Under the pieces are notes generated by a model that worked only from the letters and a program-made list of their open reading frames with translations, was not told the DNA's origin and ran no database searches. Position numbers and translations under genes: made by a program. From the NCBI GenBank assembly GCA_963835215.1, contig CAWIES010000004.1:371121-435120 (forward strand): a DNA stretch of 64,000 nucleotides, written 5' to 3'. Of this stretch, positions 18,873-31,770 are shown one piece after another. Numbering within the stretch: position 1 is the first letter of the stretch; the number at the start of each line of letters is the position of its first letter. This DNA comes from an uncultured Alphaproteobacteria bacterium. Lineage in GTDB: Bacteria > Pseudomonadota > Alphaproteobacteria > Rhizobiales > Beijerinckiaceae.

Positions 18873-19694
18873 TCACGCCTCGCGCAACGTCACCCGCAGC
18901 GGCACGTGGTCCGAGGCCTTTTCGCGCCCGCGCATCTCCTTGTCGATGGCGACGCTCGCCAGCCGGTCGGCGGCCTGCGGCGAGAGCAGCACGTGATCGA
19001 TGCGGATGCCGTTGTTGCGCTGCCAGCCGCCCGCTTGATAGTCCCAGAACGTGTAGAGGCCGGCGTCGTCGCTGACGGCGCGCAGCGCGTCGGTGAAGCC
19101 GAGCGCCATCAGCTCGCGGAACTTGGCGCGGGTCTCAGGCAAATAGAGCGCGTCCTGCGTCCATTGCTCGGGATGGGCGGCGTCGCGCGGCTCGGGGATG
19201 ACATTGAAATCGCCCGCCAGCGCCAACGGCTCTTCAAGCTTCAACAGCCCGCGCGCATGACGGATCAGCCGCTCCATGAAGGCGAGTTTGTAATCGTATT
19301 TCTCGCCCGGCGCCGGATTGCCGTTGGGCAGATAGATGCAGGCGAGCCGCAGCGCGCCGCGCTCCATCGGAATGACCGCCTCGATGTAGCGCGATTGCTC
19401 GTCGCTGGAATCGCCCGGCAGCCCGCGCTCGACCTCGAAGGGCCGCTTGGCGAGAATGGCGACGCCGTTAAAACCCTTCTGTCCGTGGGTCGCGACGTTG
19501 TAGCCAAGGTCCTCGATCTCGGCGCGCGGGAAGGCCTCGTCGACGCATTTGATCTCCTGCAGGCACAGCGCCTCGGGGCTCTGCTGCTTGAGATAGTCGA
19601 TGAGATGCGGCAAGCGCTGGCGCACCGAATTGACGTTCCAGGTGGCGATGATCAGGACGCGGGCTCCAGGATTTGGACTCCGAAGTTCGCTCAT
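18873..19694 (-). CDS. xth: Exodeoxyribonuclease III
   Basis: IATWNVNS, LQEIK, GFNGVAI, YLPNG, GDFN, GIRIDH, SDHVP. Confidence 0.95.
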   Translation of the reverse strand: MSELRSPNPGARVLIIATWNVNSVRQRLPHLIDYLKQQSPEALCLQEIKCVDEAFPRAEIEDLGYNVATHGQKGFNGVAILAKRPFEVERGLPGDSSDEQSRYIEAVIPMERGALRLACIYLPNGNPAPGEKYDYKLAFMERLIRHARGLLKLEEPLALAGDFNVIPEPRDAAHPEQWTQDALYLPETRAKFRELMALGFTDALRAVSDDAGLYTFWDYQAGGWQRNNGIRIDHVLLSPQAADRLASVAIDKEMRGREKASDHVPLRVTLREA

Positions 19695-19696
19695 GC

Positions 19697-20600
19697 CTAG
19701 CGGGTCCGATAGACTTTCTCAATGTCGCCCTGGTGGGCCCAGCGGCGGTGCGCCCACATCCATTGCTCGGGCGTCTCGCGGACGAATTCCTCGAAGCGCG
19801 CCTGCAGCGCCGCGGTCGCCGCCAGCACGTCGGCGTCGCGGTCCTCGCTGACCGGGACCACGACCGGTTCGATGTTCATGACGAAATGCACGCCGCCGAC
19901 GCGCTTGACGCGCACGGCGTAGAGCGGAAGTCCGGCGACCCGCGCGAGGAAAGCGGGGAAGGGGTTGGACTGGGCAGGGTGGCCGAAGAAGGGAACGTCG
20001 ACGCCGCGGCCCTCGCGCAAGTCGGCGACGAAGCAGGTGCAGCCCCCGGCGCGCGCCAGCCTGAGCAACGTGCGCGAGGTCGCCGCCGACTTGTCGAACA
20101 GTCCACCGGGAAAAATCGCGCGGCGCTTCTCGTAGGTCCAGCGGTCGACCAACGGATTGGTGAGGGCCTGATAGACGCCAGCGAGCGACAGCTGGTAGCG
20201 CAGGCCCGCCTGCGCGGCGAGCTCCCAGTTGCCCAAGTGCAGCGTGCAGACGACGAACGGTCCGCTCTTGACGATCGCCGCGAACTTGTCGGGCTGCTCG
20301 ATCGTGACGCGCTCTTGCGCGAAGATTTGCGGCAGATGGAAGAACTCGGCGAAGGTGCGCCCGAGATTGTCCCACATGGCGATCGAGGATGCGCTCGCGC
20401 TCGGCGAAGCTCATGTCGGGAAACGCCATCGCCAGGCCTTCGTGCGCGCGCTGCTGGCGCGCAAGCCACGGCGCGATCAGCCGCCAGATCAGGCCCGAGG
20501 CGGCGGAGGCAAAATCGAGCGGCAGCGCGCCGCCGATTCCCGCGACAAGGCGGAACAGGACGTATTCAATGCGGATGCGCACTCGCGCGAAAAGACCCAT
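19697..20600 (-). CDS. Lipid A late (lauroyl-type) acyltransferase, frameshift near 20380
   Basis: HLGNWE, NPLVD, VPFFG, PEQWMWAHRRW. Confidence 0.88.
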
Positions 20601-20761
20601 GGGTCCAGCGTTCCCCTTGGCCCATGGCAGGGCCGGGCGGCTATCGCGCGCGTGCGGGCGGCGCCGTCAAGAGCGGCCCAACCGACAATTGGCCTTGTGG
20701 TCCGCTCGGCGCGGCGTGATAATTCCTGCCAAACAGCCATGCGTTAAGGGGAGAAGCGACC

Positions 20762-22125
20762 ATGGGCGAGCGCGTCAAATACGAGATGGGCGAAGAGCGG
20801 ATTCCCCGCGTTTGGTACAACATCGCCGCCGATTTGCCTCCCGCGCCCCCCGTGCTTCATCCCGGCACCGGCAAGCCGATCGGCCCCGCCGATCTCGCGC
20901 CGCTGTTTCCGATGGCGCTGATCGGCCAGGAAGTCTCGACCGAGCGCGAGATCGAGATCCCAGATCCGGTGCGCGAGATCTACCGCATGTGGCGCCCTAC
21001 GCCGCTCTACCGTGCGCGCCGACTGGAAAAGCAGCTCGGCACGACCGCGCGCATTTTCTACAAATACGAGGGCGTCAGCCCGGCCGGCAGCCACAAGCCC
21101 AACACCGCCGTCGCGCAGGCGTTCTACAACAAGCAGGAAGGCGTCAAGAAGCTCTCGACCGAGACCGGGGCAGGGCAGTGGGGCTCCTCGCTCGCCTTCG
21201 CCGGCGCGCTGTTCGGCCTCGAGGTCAAAGTCTACATGGTCAGGGTCTCCTACGATCAGAAGCCCTATCGGCGGGCGCTGATGGAGACCTACGGCGCCAC
21301 CTGCGTCGCCAGCCCGAGCAACGAGACCGCGTCGGGGCGCGCGATCCTTGCGAGCTCGCCCAATTCCCCGGGCAGCCTCGGCATCGCCATTTCCGAAGCG
21401 GTCGAGGTTGCCGCTCAGAGCGACGACACCAAATATTCGCTCGGCAGCGTGCTCAACCACGTGCTCTTGCATCAGACGGTGATCGGTCAGGAAGCGATCG
21501 AGCAGATGGAGGCGGCGGGCGCCTATCCCGACATCGTCATCGGCTGCGCCGGCGGCGGCATCGAATTTCGCCGGCATCGCCTTCCCGTTTCTCGGCAAGA
21601 AGCTGCGCGAGAAGCGCAACGTGCGCATCATCGCGGTCGAGCCTGCGGCCTGCCCGACGATGACGCGCGGGCGCTACGCCTTCGATTTCGGCGACACCGG
21701 CCATCTGACGCCGCTGGTCAAGATGCACACGCTCGGCTCCGCCTTCATCCCGCCCGGCTTCCACGCAGGCGGCCTGCGCTATCACGGCATGTCGCCGCTG
21801 GTCAGCCACTGCCTGAACCTCGGCCTGATCGAGGCGCGCGCCTATCACCAGAATCCGTGTTTCGAGGCGGGCGTGCATGTTCGCCCGCACCGAGGGCATC
21901 GTGCCGGCGCCGGAATCGAACCACGCGGTGCGCGCGGCGATCGACGAGGCGCTAAAGGCGCGCGAAGAGGGCACGTCGCCGACGATCCTCTTCAACCTAT
22001 CCGGTCACGGCCATTTCGACATGCAGGCCTACACCGATTATTTCGCCGGCAAGCTCGTCGATCAGGACTACGACCCGGCGGCGCTGCAAGCCTCGCTCGC
22101 CCAATTGCCGACGGCGGCGGAGTAG
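20762..22125 (+). CDS. TrpB2-type (TrpB-like) PLP-dependent enzyme, two apparent indels
   Basis: [60 protein letters not shown]. Confidence 0.92.
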
Positions 22126-22301
22126 CAGTTTTCGGCGCGGCGGCAAGCCGCGCCGGCCAAGCCCTGGCTGGAGAAAACCGTGCACGAGCAGGGCGTTCGG
22201 GGCAGGCAGGCATGGTCTGAGGGCATGTGCGTTTGCCTCGCGGCGCGCCCATGCTATCAAGCCGCGCCGCGGCGAACCGCCGCCCCTTGCCAGAGGCCCG
22301 A

Positions 22302-22958
22302 ATGTCGCCTTTTAGCCGCCGCGCTTTTCTCGCCGTCTCGATGATCGCGCTCGCCCTGCCGGCCCTCGCGGAGGACGACGCCAAGAGCGATTCCAAGAGC
22401 GACGCCCCGAGCGACGCTAAGAACACGCTGATCCTGACCACCAAGCACGGCAAGGTCGTCATTCATCTCAGGCCCGATCTCGCGCCCAAGCACGTCGCGC
22501 AGATCAAGACGCTGGTGAAGCGCAAGTTCTACGACGGGCTCACCTTCCATCGGGTCATTCCCGGCTTCATGGCGCAGACCGGCGACCCGAAGGGCGACGG
22601 CTCGGGCGGGTCCGACCTCCCCAACATTCCGGCCGAATTCAGCGACGCGCATTTCAAGCGCGGCGCCGTCGGCATGGCGCGCTCGCAAGACCCCGACTCG
22701 GCCAATTCGCAGTTCTTCATTTGCCTCGGCGACGCTGAATTTCTCGATGGCAAATACACCGCCTTCGGCGACGTCGTCTCGGGCATGGACGTCGTCGACC
22801 AGATCAAGGCCGGCACGCAGGACAACAACGGCGCGGTCGACAACCCCGACAAGATCGTAACCTTGCGTCTGGCCGGCGGCGACAAGGCCAAGCCGAAGCC
22901 GAAGGCGACCGATGCGCCCGCCGCCGATCCAGCCGCCCCGCCGACCGGCCAAGACTGA
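22302..22958 (+). CDS. Exported cyclophilin-type peptidyl-prolyl isomerase
   Basis: SRRAFL signal peptide; FHRVIPGFMAQTGDP; SANSQFFI. Confidence 0.92.
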   Translation: MSPFSRRAFLAVSMIALALPALAEDDAKSDSKSDAPSDAKNTLILTTKHGKVVIHLRPDLAPKHVAQIKTLVKRKFYDGLTFHRVIPGFMAQTGDPKGDGSGGSDLPNIPAEFSDAHFKRGAVGMARSQDPDSANSQFFICLGDAEFLDGKYTAFGDVVSGMDVVDQIKAGTQDNNGAVDNPDKIVTLRLAGGDKAKPKPKATDAPAADPAAPPTGQD

Positions 22959-23002
22959 ACGGCCAAGACTGAACCGCGAAGACTGAGCCGCGAAGACTGA
23001 CC
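22947..23002 (+). repeat. 14-bp tandem repeat, 4 copies
   Basis: GGCCAAGACTGAAC x2, CGCGAAGACTGAGC, CGCGAAGACTGACC. Confidence 0.85.
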
Positions 23003-23055
23003 GCCTTACATTCGAGAGCGACGGTCCTTAACTCTAAGCGCAAAGGAGCGCGATT

Positions 23056-23511
23056 TTGAGCAATTCTGAAAACACTCTCACACTCGAGACCAGCAAAGGC
23101 CCGGTGGTGATCGAGATGCTTCCCGATCTTGCGCCCGGCCATGTCGCGCACATCAAGAAGCTGGTCGGCGAAGGCTTCTACGACGGGCTGGTCTTTCACC
23201 GCGTCATCGACGGCTTCATGGCGCAGACCGGCTGTCCCAAAGGCACCGGCACGGGCGGGTCGAAGTATCCCGACCTGAAGGCCGAGTTCAACGACATGCC
23301 CCACGTGCGCGGCACGGTGTCGATGGCGCGGGCGCAGAGCCCGAATTCCGCGAATTCGCAGTTCTTCATCTGCTTCGACGACGCGAGCTTCCTCGACCAC
23401 AAATATACGGCGTGGGGCAAGGTCGTCTCGGGCATGGAGAACGTCGACAAGATCAAGCGCGGCGAGCCAGTGCGCGATCCCGACAAGATCGTCAAAGCGA
23501 CGCTGGGCTGA
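23056..23511 (+). CDS. Cytoplasmic cyclophilin-type peptidyl-prolyl isomerase
   Basis: FHRVIDGFMAQTGCP; SANSQFFICF. Confidence 0.93.
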   Translation: MSNSENTLTLETSKGPVVIEMLPDLAPGHVAHIKKLVGEGFYDGLVFHRVIDGFMAQTGCPKGTGTGGSKYPDLKAEFNDMPHVRGTVSMARAQSPNSANSQFFICFDDASFLDHKYTAWGKVVSGMENVDKIKRGEPVRDPDKIVKATLG

Positions 23512-23517
23512 ACAAAT

Positions 23518-23611
23518 CCCCTCTCCCGCGGAGCGGGAGAGGGCCAGGGTGAGGGCGGGAGATCCCTCATCCGGCCGCTTCGGGCCACCTTCTCCCGCAA
23601 AGCGGGAGAAG
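23518..23611. repeat. REP-like double-hairpin element (family C)
   Basis: CCCTCTCCCGC-GGA-GCGGGAGAGGG...CCCTCATCCGGCC...CCTTCTCCCGC-AAA-GCGGGAGAAG. Confidence 0.8.
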
Positions 23612-23618
23612 AGATTCT

Positions 23619-24705
23619 TTGCGCGTCGATCTCTTCGATTTCGATCTGCCTCCAGAGCGCATCGCGCTGACGCCCGCTTCGCCGCGCGATGCGGCGCGGT
23701 TGCTGGTCGTCGCGCCGGAGGGGGCGCTCGAGGACGCGCATATCTTCGATCTGCCGCGCTTCATCCGGCCTGGCGACGCGGTGGTCGTCAACGACACGCG
23801 CGTCATCGCCGCGCGGCTCGATGGGATACGCATGCGCGGCGAGGCTGTCGCCGCGATCGAGGCGACGCTGATCAAGCGCCTCGACGCCAGCCGCTGGCGG
23901 GCGCTGGTGCGCCCGGCCAAGAAGCTCAAGGTCGGCGAGCGCATTCGCTTTGGCGAGACGCGCGAAAGCTCGGCCTGCCTGCTGGGCGCGCTCGACGCGG
24001 AGGTCGAGGCCAAAGGCGAGGCGGGCGAGGTGACGCTGGCCTTCGCCTTCTCCGGCGCCGCGCTCGATGAAGCGATCGAGCGCATCGGCGCGCCGCCGCT
24101 GCCCCCTTATATCGCCGCCCGCCGGGCGATTTCAACCGCCGATCGCGCGGACTACCAGACGATGTTCGCGCGCGAGGAGGGCGCGGTCGCCGCGCCGACC
24201 GCGGGCCTGCATTTCACCCCCGAACTGCGCGCGCGGGTCGAGGCGGCGGGCGCGCGGCTGTTCTCGCTGACGCTGCATGTCGGCGCCGGCACGTTCCTGC
24301 CGGTGAAGAGCGACGACACCGCGAGCCACGAGATGCATGCCGAATGGGGCCGGCTCGACGCTGCGACCGCCGAGGCGCTCAACGCAGACGCGCACGCGCG
24401 GCGGGCGCATCGTCGCGGTCGGCACCACGTCGGCGCGCCTGCTTGAAAGCGCCGCCGGCGAAGACGGCCAGCTTCGCGCCTTCGAGGGCGAGACGGCGAT
24501 CTTCATCACGCCGGGCTATCGTTTTCGCGCCGTCGACGTGCTGCTGACCAATTTCCATCTGCCGCGCTCGACGCTGTTCATGCTGGTCACCGCCTTCAGC
24601 GGCCTTGAGACGATGCGGGCCGCCTATGCGCATGCGATCGCCGCCGGCTATCGTTTCTATTCCTATGGCGACGCCTGCCTGCTCTTTTCGCCGGGGCGCC
24701 GATGA
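23619..24705 (+). CDS. queA: S-adenosylmethionine:tRNA ribosyltransferase-isomerase (frameshift near 24390)
   Basis: [50 protein letters not shown]. Confidence 0.95.
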
Positions 24706-25855
24706 GCGACGCATTTTCCTTCTCCCTCCACGCGAGCGACGGCGCGGCGCGCACCGGCGTCATCGCGACGCCGCGCGGGACGATCCGCACGCCGGCCTTC
24801 ATGCCGGTCGGCACCGCGGCGACGGTCAAGGCGATGTATCCGGGCGAAGTGCGCGCGCTCGGCGCCGACGTCGTGCTCGCCAACACCTATCATCTGATGC
24901 TGGCGCCAGGCGCCGAGCGGATCGCCAGGCTCGGCGGCCTGCACAAGTTCATGAACTGGCCGCACCCGATCCTCACCGATTCCGGCGGCTTCCAGGTGAT
25001 GAGCCTCGCCAAGCTGCGCAAGCTCGACGAGCGCGGCGTCGTCTTCCAGTCGCATATCGACGGCTCGCGCCACGAACTGACGCCCGAGCGCGCGATGGAG
25101 ATCCAGCGCCTGCTCGGCTCCGACATCCAGATGCAGCTCGACGAATGCGTGCGCCTGCCCTGCCCGTACGAGGAAGCCGAGCGCGCGATGCGGCTGTCGC
25201 TGCGCTGGGCGGAGCGCTCGCAAGCGCGGCGTTCGGCGCGCAGCCGGGCCGCGCGATCTTCGGCATCGTTCAGGGCGGCGACGAGCCGGACGCTGCGCAG
25301 CGAGAGCGCGCGCGAGCTCGTCGCGCATGGATTTCGACGGCTACGCGATCGGCGGCCTGGCGGTCGGCGAGCCGCAGGCGGTGATGCTCGAGATGATCGA
25401 GACGGTCGAGCCCGATCTGCCGGCGGACAAGCCGCGCTATCTGATGGGCGTCGGCACGCCCGACGATCTGCTGCAGGCCCTGTCGCGCGGCGTCGACATG
25501 TTCGATTGCGTGATGCCGACGCGCGCCGGCCGGCACGGCATGGTCTTCACGCGGCGCGGCCGCATGAATCTGCGCAACGCGCGCTTCGCCGACGATCCGC
25601 GCCCGATCGACGAGGCTTCATCCGCGCCCGCCGGCGCGCGACTTTTCGCGCGCCTACTGGCGCCATCTCGTCAAGTCGGGCGAAATCCTCGCCATGATGG
25701 CGCTGACGGCGGTCAATCTCGCCTATTATCAGGACCTGATGGCCGGAGCGCGCGCGCGCGATCGCCGAGCGGCGGCTCGGCGACTACATTGCCGAAGTCA
25801 AGGCGGGTTGGGACGAGGGCGAAAAGACAGGCGCCGAAAAACAGGCGGCGACTAA
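24702..25855 (+). CDS. tgt: tRNA-guanine transglycosylase (several apparent indels; 3' end approximate)
   Basis: [46 protein letters not shown]. Confidence 0.95.
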
Positions 25856-25857
25856 CG

Positions 25858-25891
25858 AAAAAGCAAGGCGGGGAGTTTCCCACGCCTTGCT
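25858..25891 (-). terminator. Intrinsic terminator for a minus-strand transcript
   Basis: Stem AGCAAGGCG/CGCCTTGCT at 25862-25891, followed by a T-run on the minus strand. Confidence 0.6.
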
Positions 25892-26045
25892 CCTCTCACT
25901 CTGTCCCTGAATTGCGAGCCTGATCTCTTGCGTTCTGTCGCCGCTTATGCGGCGCGCGCTTTGTCAACCGGTTAAGCTCCCCGTCCTCCCACAGACTCGG
26001 CACTTCCGTCGCCACTGATCAGGGCGGCGGCCTCCTTTTCACGAG
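25858..26045 (-). ncRNA. Candidate sRNA or small-ORF transcript between tgt and eno
   Basis: Minus-strand AAGGAGG at the 5' end, short ORFs and a 3' terminator, opposite in orientation to both neighbours. Confidence 0.45.
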
Positions 26046-26202
26046 GGGGAATTGTTAGTAGGAAAATCCTGGCCACTGTCACCATCCCTGGGCTGGCCTG
26101 CAAATACAAATTTTTGCTTGCCGAGAATCGGTCATTCGGCCTGTTCTAGCGACAAATCGTTCCGGGGCCGGTCCGACAATTGCTCGTCAGCGTCGGCGAT
26201 AA

Positions 26203-27581
<1,379 letters not shown>

Positions 27582-27646
27582 AGACTTCGCGAGACGCGGC
27601 GGCGGCAACCGGAAATTAACCGCGCCGCCGCCATGCTCGCTCCATC

Positions 27647-27973
27647 ATGGCCGTCAGAACGCGCGCCCGCGCGATCCTCATTCCGATCCTCTTCTATCTC
27701 GTGCTGGGCGCGGCGAGCGCCTGGCTGGTCTGGGGCGCCTCGCAAGGCGATCGCGGCCTTGCGGCCAAGGCGAACGACGATGTCGAAGCGGCCGCGCTTA
27801 GGGTCGAACTCGCTTCGATCCAGGGCGAGCACGAGCGCTGGCGCCGGCGCGTCGAAGCAATGCGCTCCGAGGCGGTCGACCGCGACCTGCTCGACGAAGA
27901 AGCCCGCGCGACGCTCGACCGCGTCGGCAAGGACGACGTCGTGATCTTCACCAACCCCGTCAAGGCGAACTGA
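27647..27973 (+). CDS. ftsB: Septum formation initiator FtsB/DivIC
   Basis: One TM, coiled coil, DLLDEEAR; downstream of eno. Confidence 0.82.
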   Translation: MAVRTRARAILIPILFYLVLGAASAWLVWGASQGDRGLAAKANDDVEAAALRVELASIQGEHERWRRRVEAMRSEAVDRDLLDEEARATLDRVGKDDVVIFTNPVKAN

Positions 27974-28006
27974 GCCTGGCGTTCTTCGCGTCAAGCGCGA
28001 GATTGA

Positions 28007-28826
28007 CTAAGGCGCCGCCGCGTCGACCAGGATCGCGCGCAGCGGCGCGCGGCCCGCGTCGAGCGCACGCTCGCGCAAGGCCGTCTCGACCAGCGGGACG
28101 AGTGTGAGCGGATCGGTTCCGCGCGCCCGGATCTGGTCGGCCAGCGGGCTGCCGAGCACGAAACCGGCGGCGAAGGCGCTAAGATCGTCAACCGGAGCGA
28201 GGCGATTGACGACATCGATGCGAACGTCGCGAAAACCGGCCTCGTTCAGCGCGGCGACGATCACATCGATTTTCGCGTAACCGAAAGGGATCTGGAAGAA
28301 GGGCGGCGGATCGATCTTGAAGGTCTCGGCGACAACCTCGGCGACGACGCGCGGGCAGGGGTTGAACGCCAGAGTGTCGAAGACCGTGAAGAGATAGCGG
28401 CCGCCGGGCGCCAGGACGCGGCGGACTTCGCGATAGGATTTGGGCTTGTCGGGAAAGAACATGACTCCGAACTGGCAGAGCGCGATATCGAACGCATGGT
28501 CGGGAAAGGGCAAAGCGCAGGCGTCGGCGGCGCGAAACTCGATCTGCTCGCCGGAGATGGAATTTCGCCTTGGCGAGCTCCATCATCGGCGCGTTGAGGT
28601 CGGTCGCAACGATGGTTGCGCCCTTGGGCAAATGATCGCGCAAGAGGCGGGTCACAACGCCCGTACCCGCCGCGGTTTCGAGCGCGCGTTTGGGGCCGTA
28701 GGAAGCCGCTCGGCGCGCAATCTGGTCGGCAAATCCGGCGAACATCACCGGAACCAGACCGCGATCGTAATTCTCGGGAATGCTGTTGCCCGCGAAAGCG
28801 GTGAAATCGTCCTTGCCAGGGCTCAT
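28007..28826 (-). CDS. Class I SAM-dependent methyltransferase (frameshift near 28560)
   Basis: LETAAGTG, DLNAPM, CQFGVMFFPD, RVLAPGG. Confidence 0.85.
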
Positions 28827-28996
28827 CGTCGCCTCGCTCGATTTTTTCGCCACGGCGAGGGTCGCCCTCGAAAGTTTTAGCGGAAACTGCCGAGTACGGC
28901 GCTCTTGGCCACGTGGACCTTGGCGCCGGGGGCGAATCATCGCAAGGCGAGGCAACGGGTGTCGCGCGGCGCATGGCGCTTGCGCGGGCGCTCTCC

Positions 28997-29483
28997 TCAG
29001 CCCTCGGCCAGCCCCTCCTCACGCCCTTCGATGCGCAGCTCGCTCTTGACCGAATTGGCGATGTAGCAGGCGTCGTGGGCCTTGTGATGAAGGGCGTCGA
29101 TATCGGCGCGGCGCGGGCGCTTGTCGCCGGAAAAGACGATGCGCGGCTTCAGGGTCACGCGCGTCATCGACACGCGCCCGGCCGGGTCGGCGGCCATGAT
29201 CCCCTCGGCGTCGTCATCGTAACGCTCGACAACGAAGCCAGCCCGCTTGGCGAAATCGAGGAAGAACAGCATGTGGCAACTCGCCAGCGAGGCGACCAGG
29301 GCCTCCTCGGGATCGACGCCGGCGGGATCGGAGAACGGGACCCGCACGACATGAGGCGAGGACGAAGCCGGCACCACCGCCCCGCCGTCGAACGCCCATT
29401 GATGCGCCCGGCTGTAGCGCCCATCGAGGAAGCGCTCGGACGGCCGACGGCGACCAGCGGACGGCGGCGGTGTAGGTGGACAT
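28997..29483 (-). CDS. OsmC/Ohr-family protein (frameshift near N-terminus)
   Basis: YSRAHQWAFDGG, DPEEALVASLASCHMLFFL, AHDACYIANSV. Confidence 0.88.
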
Positions 29484-29564
29484 CGACAAGGCTCCTGCGC
29501 CGGGGGCGGCAATGTGGCGGGCGGCCCCAGCCAAGTCCAGACGGGAGGACGGGCACACCATTCC

Positions 29565-29693
29565 CCGTCATGGCCGGGCTTGACCCGGCCATCCAGGCTG
29601 CGCCGGCCGATCGGCCAGCGCCCTGGCCCCGCCGAGCATGCATAATCCCGGCTCATTCATGCTGGATGGCCGGGTCAAGCCCGGCCATGACGG
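29565..29693. repeat. CGTC-type REP-like inverted repeat pair (family A)
   Basis: Perfect 31-bp arms CCGTCATGGCCGGGCTTGACCCGGCCATCCA at 29565-29595 and its reverse complement at 29663-29693. Confidence 0.9.
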
Positions 29694-29830
29694 CGAGTGG
29701 GCGGCATGGGGGAACCGAGAGCGGAAGGCCCCCGTCGAGGGTTGCCGCTTGCCTTATTCCTTCCCCCCCGCGCGCCCTTCGTGCTAATCCGCCCGCGCGT
29801 GAGTCCTCCCCATAAGCGCAGGTCCGCCCC

Positions 29831-31132
29831 ATGCAGAACACCGCCGCCCTGAACCCGATCCGCTCCAACTCGTTCTTTTCCGCTTCGCTCGCCGACGCCG
29901 ATCCGGAGATCGCACGGGTGGTGGAGCTGGAGCTTGGCCGCCAGCGCGACGAGATCGAGTTGATTGCGTCCGAAAACATCGTCTCCAAGGCGGTGCTGGA
30001 GGCGCAGGGCTCGGTGCTGACCAACAAATACGCCGAAGGCTATCCGGGGCGGCGCTATTACGGCGGTTGCCAGTTTGTCGATATCGCCGAGACGCTGGCG
30101 ATCGAGCGCGCCTGCAAGCTGTTCGGTTGCCGCTTCGCCAACGTCCAGCCCAATTCCGGCAGCCAGGCTAATCAGGGGGTGTTCCTGGCGCTGATGCAGC
30201 CGGGCGACACGTTCATGGGGCTCGATCTCGCCGCCGGCGGGCATCTCACCCACGGCTCGCCGGTCAACATGTCGGGGCGCTGGTTCAAGCCGGTCGCTTA
30301 CGGCGTCGACCGCGAGACCCACCGCATCGACATGGACGCGCTCGCCAAACTCGCGCGCGAACATAAGCCGAAGATGATCATCGCCGGCGGCTCGGCCTAT
30401 GCGCGCCATTGGGATTTTGAGCGCTTCCGCGCCATCTGCGACGAGGTCGGGGCTTATTTCGTCGTCGACATCGCCCATTTCGCCGGCTTGGTGGCGGGCG
30501 GGGCGCATCCCTCGCCCTTCCCCCACGCCCATGTCGTGACCACCACCACCCACAAGACGCTGCGCGGGCCCCGCGGCGGCATGATCCTCACCAACGAGGA
30601 GGATCTCGCCAAGAAGATCAATTCGGCGATCTTTCCCGGCCTGCAGGGCGGCCCGCTGATGCATGTCATCGCCGCCAAGGCGGTGTCGTTCCATGAGGCG
30701 CTGCGGCCCGAGTTCAAGACCTACGCCCACGCCGTCGTCGCCAACGCCAAGGCGATGGCCCAGCCGATCCTGACGGGGGGCTACAAGCTTGTCAGCGGGG
30801 GCACCGACAACCATTTGATGCTGGTCGATCTGACCCCCAAGGGCCTGACCGGGAAGGCGGCGGAAGCGGCGCTCGGGCGCGCCCACATCACCTGCAACAA
30901 GAACGGCATCCCGTTCGACCCGCAGAAGCCGGCGATCACCTCGGGCATTCGCCTGGGCTCGCCCGCGGCGACCTCGCGCGGCTTCGGCGTCGCCGAATTC
31001 CGCAAGGTCGGCGAGCTGATCGTCGAGGCGCTCGACGGGTTGGCGGCGGGCGGCGAATCGGGCAATGCTGGCGTGGAAGCCAAGGTGCGCGAGAGCGTTG
31101 CCGAGCTGACGCGGCGGTTTCCGATCTACTGA
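29831..31132 (+). CDS. glyA: Serine hydroxymethyltransferase
   Basis: [36 protein letters not shown]. Confidence 0.98.
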   Translation: MQNTAALNPIRSNSFFSASLADADPEIARVVELELGRQRDEIELIASENIVSKAVLEAQGSVLTNKYAEGYPGRRYYGGCQFVDIAETLAIERACKLFGCRFANVQPNSGSQANQGVFLALMQPGDTFMGLDLAAGGHLTHGSPVNMSGRWFKPVAYGVDRETHRIDMDALAKLAREHKPKMIIAGGSAYARHWDFERFRAICDEVGAYFVVDIAHFAGLVAGGAHPSPFPHAHVVTTTTHKTLRGPRGGMILTNEEDLAKKINSAIFPGLQGGPLMHVIAAKAVSFHEALRPEFKTYAHAVVANAKAMAQPILTGGYKLVSGGTDNHLMLVDLTPKGLTGKAAEAALGRAHITCNKNGIPFDPQKPAITSGIRLGSPAATSRGFGVAEFRKVGELIVEALDGLAAGGESGNAGVEAKVRESVAELTRRFPIY

Positions 31133-31144
31133 GGGGCGCGGCCT

Positions 31145-31240
31145 CCCCTCACCCCAGCCCTCTCCCGCAGGCGGGAGAGGGGGTCGCTTTCCCTTCTCCC
31201 GCAAAGCGGGAGAAGGTGGCCCGAAGGGCCGGATGAGGGC
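31145..31240. repeat. REP-like double-hairpin element (family C)
   Basis: CCCCCTCACCCCAGCCCTCTCCCGC-AG-GCGGGAGAGGG...CCTTCTCCCGC-AAA-GCGGGAGAAGGTGGCCCGAAGGGCCGGATGAGGG. Confidence 0.8.
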
Positions 31241-31263
31241 CCTAGGCAAAGGAATGCTTTCTC

Positions 31264-31770
31264 ATGCGATGCCCCTATTGCGGCGGGCTCGACACTCAGG
31301 TGAAGGACTCGCGGCCAACCGAGGATGCGTCCTCGATCCGGCGTCGGCGCATCTGCCCCGATTGCGGCGGGCGCTTCACGACCTTTGAGCGCGTGCAATT
31401 GCGCGAGCTGATGGTGGTCAAGCGCAACGGCCGACGCGTGCCCTTCGATCGCGACAAGTTGCAGCATTCGCTCGAAGTGGCGCTGCGTAAGCGCGCCGTC
31501 GCGCCCGAGCGGGTCGAGCGGATGATCAACGGCATCGTGCGTCAGCTCGAGAGCCAGGGCGACGCCGACATTCCGACCGAGCGGATCGGCGAATTGGTGA
31601 TGGAGGGGCTGAAGGGTCTCGACGACATCGCTTACGTCCGCTTCGCCTCGGTCTATCGCAATTTCCGCGAGGCGCGCGACTTCAACGCCATCGTCGGCGA
31701 GTTGGAGAGCGAGCCGGAAGCGGGCCCCGCCGACGAGGCGCCGCGCCGCCCACGCGCGCCGGCGCGATGA
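31264..31770 (+). CDS. nrdR: Transcriptional repressor NrdR
   Basis: MRCPYC...VKDSR...[10 protein letters not shown]...RFTTFE; ATP cone; AYVRFASVY. Confidence 0.97.
   Translation: MRCPYCGGLDTQVKDSRPTEDASSIRRRRICPDCGGRFTTFERVQLRELMVVKRNGRRVPFDRDKLQHSLEVALRKRAVAPERVERMINGIVRQLESQGDADIPTERIGELVMEGLKGLDDIAYVRFASVYRNFREARDFNAIVGELESEPEAGPADEAPRRPRAPAR

Noticed and set aside
22947-23002. Possible CRISPR array
   Set aside because: 14-bp period with no unique spacers and no cas genes in the window.
29694-29830. ZMP/ZTP or glycine riboswitch upstream of glyA
   Set aside because: I could not find the conserved aptamer motifs. The structure upstream is explained by the REP element.
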